Of a stretch of DNA of 64,000 bases, positions 56,100 through 64,000 are shown piece by piece (position 1 is the first letter of the stretch; the number at the start of each line of letters is the position of its first letter). The notes under the pieces were generated by a model, which made no database searches, was not told where the DNA came from, and saw only the letters and a list, made by a program, of their open reading frames with translations. The stretch spans positions 11,222,001 through 11,286,000 of the forward strand of contig NC_043023.1 of NCBI RefSeq assembly GCF_006345805.1, read 5' to 3'. This DNA comes from Octopus sinensis (taxonomy: Eukaryota). A program made the translations under genes and the position numbers.

Positions 56100-58090
56100 A
56101 GCGGGTCACCGGCCCCCAGCTGCGGTATTGGTTTTACTTGACTCGAGCATACTACAAGCTTACGCATGTCCTCGGCATTCATGGCCCATGTTTCACTACT
56201 GTATAGCATGGCAGTTCACACATATGCATCATACAGTCCACCTTTCCCCCTGAGTGAGGGGCATTTAGCTGCCAGCAGAGGTAGGAGCTCCCTGAATTTG
56301 CCCAGGCTATTATTACTCTAGTTGCTACACTCGCAGAGCAATCACTCCCACTACATACTTGGTCGCCTAGGTAGTAGAAAGTATTTACTACTAGTTTCTT
56401 CCCCAGGCATATAATGGAAGCTGTTTTCTGAACACCTTCAGTGTTTATTGCCCCACTGCATCTGCCACACACAAGAAATAATTTTCTCAGTTAACCTTCC
56501 TTTGATATTGCTGCACCTTTTATGTGTCCATAGCTTACACCGGGTGCATCGTATGGAGTTTCTACCAATGCCTTTTCTACAGAGGAGTTTGTGATTTGAC
56601 AGCCTGCACACTAACTAAAACTTTGGTTTTGGCTAGGTTAACCCTAAGGCCATTCAATTCTAGACTTTGCTTCCACGCCCTAACCTTTGGCTCCAGTTCC
56701 GGCAGTGACTCTGCTATTAGTGCAAGGTCATCAGCATAGAGGAGCAGCCTGTCTTGAATTCCTCTGTTATTGCCTGGAGGACTATAATGAATAAGTGGGG
56801 GCTGAGGACTGATCTTAGGTTGACCCTTACCCCTACCCGATATTCTTCACTGTACTCGTTGTCAACCCTCACCTTACTGTACATGGCTTGTACAGCTCTC
56901 TATAAACATTCATCCATCCCTAGTCTCCTCATTGATAGGGGATCGGGGGACCCTGTCAATGAAAGCCAGGTACAGAGTTTTATCTTGGACTATCTATTTT
57001 TCCTGCATCTGTCTTATCAGAAATATAGCATCAGTGGTGCTTTCCCCTGGCACGAACTGAAACTGCATCTCATCTAGACTGCCTCTCTCCCTAATGACCT
57101 TCATTACCTGATCCAACAACTTGATACCTCTGTAATTATTTGTATCTAATGCGTCACCTTTACCTTTGTTAGCAGTTGACTATGGTGCTGCTACACCAGT
57201 CATTGGGTATGACTCCTTCATGTATCACATCGTTGACTAGGCTATAGCTGACACTGCCAGATATTTTGAGCATCTCTGTGGTGATTCCTGATGGTCCGGG
57301 GGCTTTCCCTGTCTTCATACCCTTAATTGCTTTACCTACCAAGGCACTGTCAATTTAGATAGATAGCTAGTCCCTCTGTTGGGCCGGCATTCAGCAGACT
57401 CTCTTTCTCACATTCATTCACTTTATTTAGCAAACTTTCATAATGGCGTCTCCAAACCTGTCTCTTTGCAGTTTCGTTTAAAGCAAGTGAACCGTCACCC
57501 ATGCGGTTCTCTCTCACACACTGTCTGGCAACAGGAAAATACTTCGAGTCTTTGGTCATCATGGCGCAGAACATTGGCAAATTTTTCCTTATCTGCTTCC
57601 CCTCTGGCCAAATAAACCTATCTCCTAGCTTCCCTTTTGGCAGTCTGATACAATTCCCTGCTATCGCTGGTCTTCCAGTCCTTCAAAGCCTGTTTCTTTC
57701 CCTTACTAGCCCTGTCAACAACATTGTTCCACCACCACATTACTTTGGGTTGAGAGGAGACTTTGCACCATCCACAGATCTGGTCGCTAGCCCTCAAAAG
57801 GTTGTCCTGTAGAAACCTCCAGTTGTCTTCCACAGCTTTGAGTAATATGTCTCTCAATCTCTTTTTGTAGGATCCTTAAGCTTCCAGACCCTTCTCCTCC
57901 ATTCTGGTCGTCTTCTGGGCATCCATTTAGCCCTGATCCTGAAGTCGCTAACTACTAATCTATGTTGTGGGGTACATTCTTCACCTGGGAAGGTTTGGGC
58001 ATTTACAAGTAGTTTTCTTTCCTGTTTCCTAGTGAGGATGTAGTCAATTTGACTAGTGTGTCTACCAGATTGGTAGGTGACTAAATGGCC
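56100..58090 (-). mobile_element. Degenerate RTE-like LINE (APE endonuclease end plus RT)
   Basis: GHLVTYQSGRHTSQIDYILTRKQE near 58020-58090; YYLGDQV...RVIIAWA and SETWAMNAEDM near 56150-56400; many stops and frameshifts. Confidence 0.75.
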
Positions 58091-58740
58091 CTGAATATGC
58101 TAATCGATTACCATTTAGTAATTATGATACTTCTACAATTGAAGATAATTTTAATAAATAATGAATTTATGTATTGTGGCATTTGATACTTGTCAATTGT
58201 CTACATTGTTCACATAAATGCCAGTACCAGGCAGAGGTGGTTTCCAGCAGTAAGAGAAGCTTAAGAATAAATAAATGGAAATTTATCGGCAGAACAAAGT
58301 TAGTAACCTAAAACTTAATTAACCTCTTACACTCTCAGTGTTGTGATGAGAGTCAAGGTACCCTCTTGTGAGGAATGGACTGAACCGAGAGAGTGTTATT
58401 TCATAGTGAAGTTCGAGAGTGTGGGTTGGTTTGTTCATTTGGAATATTTGTTGGTTCTTGAGAGATAGTTATGTTGTTATTGCTGCTGCATTATCTTATT
58501 TTATCACACTGGTACCACATATTATAGGTCATTATCCCTCTACTGAGCGACTGGTTTCATTTAAGGGTTTTTCTTTGTCCCTTTCTGTCAACAGCTTCCC
58601 CTTCAAATTCTTTCAAATTCTCACCAGATTATTTTAAGGAAGCGTACTCACATATTCTACTCTGCGGCCGTTTCCCAGCACACGACATGGCATCATCGCA
58701 GATACTGTAGGAATAAAGACGTCTTCAACCTCTGCCTTCC

Positions 58741-58781
58741 TGACGTCATGCCATCGTACTTCCGGTCCCTTCCTGACGTCA
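58741..58781 (-). promoter_or_regulatory. Duplicate CRE-ETS-CRE cluster with no adjacent downstream gene
   Basis: Same motif spacing as 48579-48619, inside a duplicated segment (~48310-49480 vs ~58330-59450). Confidence 0.5.
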
Positions 58782-59664
58782 TTTCCTCTCCCTTCTAATT
58801 ATTCTCCTTCCTTGACAATTGACCCGGGTCGGAAGAACACTACGCCTTTATTCCGTTTCGTAGTCGTCCATTCTGTTGAGGGCGAGGATCTTTTCGGTTT
58901 CAAAGGCAGTTTTTTTCTAGCGGTGTCATATAAAATTGTCACCCATAATTATGACTCTAGTATGGATCTATTGCATTTCAATCTGTTTTAAGGTTAGAGA
59001 TAGGGGTGGGGTGAAGGGTATCTTTTTTTTCTTCAGAAATGTAAATAAACCCAATCTGTTTCTTAAACGAGGGACATATTCATACGGCACAGAATGTTTT
59101 TTTTTTACCTCAATAGACGTCATTGATTGGTTGAAATCAAATTCTCACCAATGGGAATCTTTTCACAAATGCTTTCTACATGATACCATCACCATGTGCC
59201 ACCAGTTCCTACTTCTTAATGTGGTACCTTCACCAGGACTTTTTATGTGACACCATCATTAGTGCTTTTCTGTTTGTATGGCACCACCACCAGTGATTTT
59301 AATGTGACACCCACAGCAGGGTTCTTATTCCTTATTTCTTTATTGCCCACAAGGGGCTAAACACAGAGGGGACAAACAATGACAGACAAGCAGATTCAGT
59401 CGATTACATCAACCCCAGCGCGTAACTGGTACTTAATTTATTGACCATGAAAGGATGAAGGGCAAAGTCGACCTTGGCGGAATTTGAACTCTTATGTTTT
59501 TTTTACCTCAATAGACGTCATTGATTGTTTGAAATTGCAGAAATTGAAGGAAAAAAACAACATATATCTTACAAACTATAGAATTTTCTCAATAAAGCCA
59601 AGAAAAAAAATGTTTTATAAACACATTCTACCAGTATACGAAGTCTAAAAGTGTTTAGTTGGTG

Positions 59665-59770
59665 AATATGGAGGGTGGGGTAACACATCTCAGCTGAGCT
59701 GCAGCAATTTTTGTCTGGTTCCGAAAGCATCAAGTGCTGAAAATGAACTTTCTTATCTTCCATTTTAGAG
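59665..59770 (-). mobile_element. Mariner transposase N-terminal fragment
   Basis: MEDKKVHFQHLML resembles mariner-family N-termini (HFRHxMLFEF type). Confidence 0.55.
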
Positions 59771-60019
59771 GGTTACAGAATAAACACAGGTTATAGGAAC
59801 ATAAACCTTCTTCCATGAAAAGATAGCTTAAACTGTGCTCTAAATGGAAGTGTAGTCAAATCCTATTTGATGGACTCAAGCATGTTCTAAAATAAGTCGA
59901 AAGGTAAGCTACTATAAATCGGCACGAACATTCTGGACCACCCCATAGTATTGTATGGGCGTGCCATTGTGCCAGTTGAGAGATTTAAAGTATAGAGGAG
60001 ACAATGAACAAATAAAGAG

Positions 60020-60408
60020 TAACGTGTGGTAAGTAGCTTGCTTACCAACCACGTGGTTCCGGATTCATTCCCACTGCGTGGCACCTTGGGTAAGTGTCTT
60101 CTACTATAGCCTTGGGCTGACCAATGCCTTGTGAGTGGACTTTGTAGAGGAAACTGAAAGAAGCCTGTCGTATATATGTATATATGTGTGTGTGTTTGTG
60201 TTTGTCCCCCCCCCCAGCATTGCTTGACAACCGATGCTGGTGTGTTTATGTCCCCGTCACTTAGCGGTTCAGCAAAAGAGACCGATAGAATAGATAGTAC
60301 TAGGCTTACAAAGAATAAGTCCTGGGGTCAATTTGCTCGACTAAAAGGTGATGCTCCAGTATGGCCACAGTCAAATGGACTGAAACAAGTAAAAGAGTAA
60401 AGAGTAAA
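60020..60408 (+). mobile_element. tRNA-head SINE family A
   Basis: gtgtggtaagtagcttgcttacc ... gactgaaacaagtaaaagagtaaagagt. Confidence 0.8.
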
Positions 60409-60594
60409 ACAAACACAAAATGGTTACAGTATAAATTTTTTACTAATTTTTCTTTAACGAATTCCTCAAAATCCAACCACAGGCATTTTCAGTAATTAAG
60501 TTATCTCAGAGTCAACAGTTTTTACTGATGATCAAAAATTTGAGGTTTACATTGACATTAATGAAGTTGATGTAGGGAAAAAACCCGTCTTATA

Positions 60595-60812
60595 TATTTC
60601 TTTACTACCCACAAGGGGCTAAACACAGAGAGAACAAACGGATTAAGTCGATTACATCGACCCCAGTGCGTAACTGGTACTTAATTTATCGACCCCGAAA
60701 GGATGAAAAGGAAAGTCGACCTCGGTGGAATTTGAACCCAGAACGTAGCAGCAGACGAAATACGGCTACGCATTTCGCCCGGCGTGCTAACGTTTCTGCC
60801 AGCTCGCCGCCT
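60595..60812 (-). mobile_element. SINE family C
   Basis: Reverse-complement family C copy. Confidence 0.75.
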
Positions 60813-60884
60813 TTCAAACCCCATCTTATAGCAGACAAAAAAGTCTTAATTATTGTCATGTAAAAAATTTTGACATTCATACAG

Positions 60885-61045
60885 TTACACTTGTGTGTGA
60901 ATTTTAACGTGTGTGTGTGTGTGCATGTGCACTTCTGGAGAAAACGATTTTCCACAGATGTCACACTCAGATGGCTTTTATCCGGGAGGAATACATTTAT
61001 GTACATTTAAGTTAGGTCAATGGGAGAATGATTTACCACAGATAT
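60885..61045 (-). pseudogene. Detached C-terminal finger relic of ZNF locus 7 (ends KIHTQV*)
   Basis: Minus strand reads atatctgtggtaaatcattctcc...gagtgtgacatctgtggaaaatcg...attcacacacaagtgTAA. Confidence 0.7.
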
Positions 61046-61677
61046 GACCACGAGAGTTTGTCTCCTTGTATAAACGTGTTCCTATAGCTATGGTAAGACC
61101 TCACCTGGAATTTGCATCACCAGTTTGGAACCCCTATCTTGCCCAGGATATTAATCGTCTGGAAGCCGTTCAGCGACATGCAACCAAAAGAATACCCTCC
61201 ATCAGGCATTTGCCATATTCTGAACGCCTTACTTCCCTGGGCATGGACACATTGAAACTCCGTCTGGCAGCCACCCATAAAATTATCAACCATCTTACAA
61301 AGAATATCTCTGAGCACCTTTTTAAACTCCACCTGTCTAACACCCGTGGACATGTTTACAAAGTCAGAAAACAGCACAGCTCCCATGACTTTCGGAAACA
61401 TTTTTTCACGCTAAGAGTTGCTGAAGCATGGAACAAACTGCCGGCATCAGTTGTTAGTCGTCGGAGCACTGCATCCTTCAAAACTTCCATGCTTCCTGAG
61501 ATTCGCCAACACTACACCTGATTTTCTCCCCTCCATACACAAGCAAGCATGTATCTGACTCATACACTGTTCACTTCCCAGACATTTGTACATTACTGCA
61601 TATGCTTTATACGCACTTTTTGACAAGTTGTGGTGCACTGAGCACTGGATACAATAATTTCATTATTATTATTATTA
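61046..61677 (+). mobile_element. CR1/L2-group LINE 3' fragment
   Basis: MVRPHLEFASPVWNPY...LEAVQRHATK...YSERL...TRGH...RKHFFTLRVAEAWNKLP; (ATT)n tail. Confidence 0.85.
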
Positions 61678-61719
61678 AAAGATCTATTTTCAGAAAGTGA
61701 ATCACTACAGATTGTAATG

Positions 61720-63282
61720 TTATGGCTTCTCTCGTATGTGTGTCTGTTTGTGTCTAGTCAAGGCACTCATTTGAGAGAATGATTTAACACAGATGTCACA
61801 GTGATATGGCCGCTCTCCTGTATGAACGCGCTTGTGATTAGCCAAGTGACTATTACAAGAGAAAGATTTACCACAGATATCACAGTGATATGGCCGCTCT
61901 CCTGTATGAACACATTTGTGTGTACTTAGCTCGCAGTTTTGAGAGAATAATTTACCACAGATATCACAGTGATATAGCTTCTCACCTGTATGACTATGCT
62001 TGTGAATATTCAATTGACTAGTTTGAGAGAATGTTTTACCACAAATATTGCAATGATATGGCTTCCCACCTGTATGTGTACATTTGTGTTTAGTCAAGTG
62101 ATTATTTTGAGAGAAAGATATACCACAGATATCACAACAATATGGCTTTTCTCCCGTATGAATACGTCTGTGAATAGTCAAGTGACTGGTGGAAGAAAAT
62201 TTTTTACCACAGATATCACAGTGATATGGCTTCTCTCTTGTATGAATACATAGGTGTTTAGTTAAGTGACTACTATGAGAGAATGAATTGCCACAGACAT
62301 CACAATGATACAGTTTTTGCCCTGTATGAATGAATTTGTGAGTAGTCAAATTACCATTCTGAGCAAATGATTGACCACAGATATCACACTGATATGGTCT
62401 CTCTCCTGTATGTGTATGTTTGTGTATAGTTAAGTTAGATCTAACAGAGAATGACATTCCACAGATATCACAGTGATATGGCTTCTCACCTCTGTGAATT
62501 AATTTGTGAGCAGTCAAATTACTAGTTCGAGAGAATGATTTACCACAGATATCACAACGGTATGGCTTCTCTCCTGTATGAATACATATGTGTTTCGTCA
62601 AGTTACTCCTTTGAGAGAATGATTTACCACAAATATTACAGTGATATGGCTTCTCACCTGTATGTGTATATTTGTGTTTATTCAAATCACTCCTTTGAGG
62701 GAATGATTTACCACAAATATTACAGTGATATGGCTTCTCACCTGCATGAATACGTTTGTGTTGTGTGTACGAACTGCCATCAGAGAATGATTTACCACAG
62801 ATATCACAATGGTATGGCTTTTCTCCTGCATGTATGCGTTTGTGTCTGGTCAAGTGACCACTTTGGAAGAATGATTTACCACAGATATCACAATGATATG
62901 GCTTCTCACCAGTATGAATACGTACATGTGTTTTCAAGTAATCAGCTGCAGAAAACGATTTACCACAGGTATCGCAATGATACGGCTCCTCTCCTGTATG
63001 AGTACGTTTGTGACGAGTCAAGTCCCCACTTTGAGAGAATGATTTACCACAGATATCACAATGATATGGCTTTTCTCCGGTATGAATACGTTTGTGACGA
63101 GTCAATTGACTTCTTGTAGAGAATGATCTGCCACAGATATCACAATGGTATGGCTTCTCTCCTGTATGACCACGTTTGTGTTCAGTCAAGTGACAACTTT
63201 GAGAGAATGATTTACCACAAATATCACAATGATATGGCTTCTCTCCTGTGTGACGATTTTTTCGTTTAGTTAAGTCATTCAT
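61720..63282 (-). CDS. C2H2 zinc-finger protein (ZNF locus 7), 18 fingers
   Basis: 520-aa ATG-to-TAA ORF with 18 canonical fingers. Confidence 0.9.
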   Translation of the reverse strand: MNDLTKRKNRHTGEKPYHCDICGKSFSQSCHLTEHKRGHTGEKPYHCDICGRSFSTRSQLTRHKRIHTGEKPYHCDICGKSFSQSGDLTRHKRTHTGEEPYHCDTCGKSFSAADYLKTHVRIHTGEKPYHCDICGKSFFQSGHLTRHKRIHAGEKPYHCDICGKSFSDGSSYTQHKRIHAGEKPYHCNICGKSFPQRSDLNKHKYTHTGEKPYHCNICGKSFSQRSNLTKHICIHTGEKPYRCDICGKSFSRTSNLTAHKLIHRGEKPYHCDICGMSFSVRSNLTIHKHTHTGERPYQCDICGQSFAQNGNLTTHKFIHTGQKLYHCDVCGNSFSHSSHLTKHLCIHTREKPYHCDICGKKFSSTSHLTIHRRIHTGEKPYCCDICGISFSQNNHLTKHKCTHTGGKPYHCNICGKTFSQTSQLNIHKHSHTGEKLYHCDICGKLFSQNCELSTHKCVHTGERPYHCDICGKSFSCNSHLANHKRVHTGERPYHCDICVKSFSQMSALTRHKQTHIREKP

Positions 63283-63297
63283 TATAAGAGAATAATT

Positions 63298-63770
63298 GGA
63301 TCTTTTCGGTTTGAACGGCAGTCTTTTCTAGCGGTATCATATGAAATTATCACCCATAATTATGACCCTAGTATCAATCTATTGCATTTCAATTTGTCTT
63401 AGGTTTAGGGGAAGGGTATCTTTTTCTCTTCACAAATGTAAATAAACCCAATCTGTTTCTTAAACGAGGGACATATTCATACGGCACAGGATGTTTTCAC
63501 CCCAATAGATGTCAGTGATTGGTTGAAATTGCAGAAATTGAAGAAAATATTTTACAAACTATAGAATTGAAGTTTAAAATTTTCATAGAGTTTTTCCCTC
63601 TCAAATTCCCTTTCAGTCTCAATTTTGGATTTTTTCGGGGTCAATGGCAGTTTTGTCTAGCGGTGTCATATGAAATTGTCACCCATAATTATGACCCTAG
63701 TATCGATCTATTGCATTTCAATTTGTCTTAGAGTTAGAATTAAGGTTAGGGGTGGGGGGAAGGGTATCCA
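63298..63770. mobile_element. GGATCTTTTC-family MITE (partial, internally duplicated) just upstream of the locus 7 ATG
   Basis: TIR ggatcttttcggtttgaacggcag at 63298; element body repeated at ~63645-63770. Confidence 0.7.
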
Positions 63771-64000
63771 GTTTAGTTTTAAAGAAACCCACATCCACAC
63801 CATGCAGGTCTCTCAAGCATTTAGGAAGGATATTGAAGAGCTGTGGTCCCCTGAAACCCAAGCTGTTGCAGTATCTGGTCCTGTATTTTGATTATGAAAA
63901 GAATAATTTATTTTTCCTTTTTGTAAAGCAATCACCTTCTCCACATTCCAGACAGCGAAGACAAGAAAATGCTGCTCTTAATTCCATTGTCTAGAAGAAA

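Overview
AT-rich eukaryotic genomic DNA holding a dense cluster of C2H2 zinc-finger (ZNF) genes with the CDICGKSF...HTGEKP consensus, interspersed with SINEs, LINE fragments, Helitrons, MITEs and mariner fragments. The finger consensus and repeat content suggest a coleoid cephalopod (Octopus-like); this is an inference, not verified. There are eight ZNF loci. Five have long ORFs from an ATG: 2118-4589 (+, frameshifted C-terminus), 10457-11545 (+), 45899-46888 (-), 53006-53926 (+) and 61720-63282 (-). Three are disrupted: 21844-25419 (+), 28218-31215 (+) and 34918-44681 (-). All are finger-only with no recognisable effector domain, and most share a TTTCAG|AAYATCA splice acceptor before a single coding exon. 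The most striking feature is a ~9 kb satellite (34999-44127) of roughly 100 copies of one 84-bp finger. Most copies carry an in-frame TAA, and the single-copy seed is visible in the inverted paralog at 25255-25338. Also present: an ~8.4 kb tandem duplication, a large inverted duplication, Helitron ends at ZNF start and stop codons, duplicated promoters with apparent reciprocal gene loss, and several foldback elements. Coordinates were read by eye and may be off by a few bases. Indel-rich parts of the satellite may be assembly errors.
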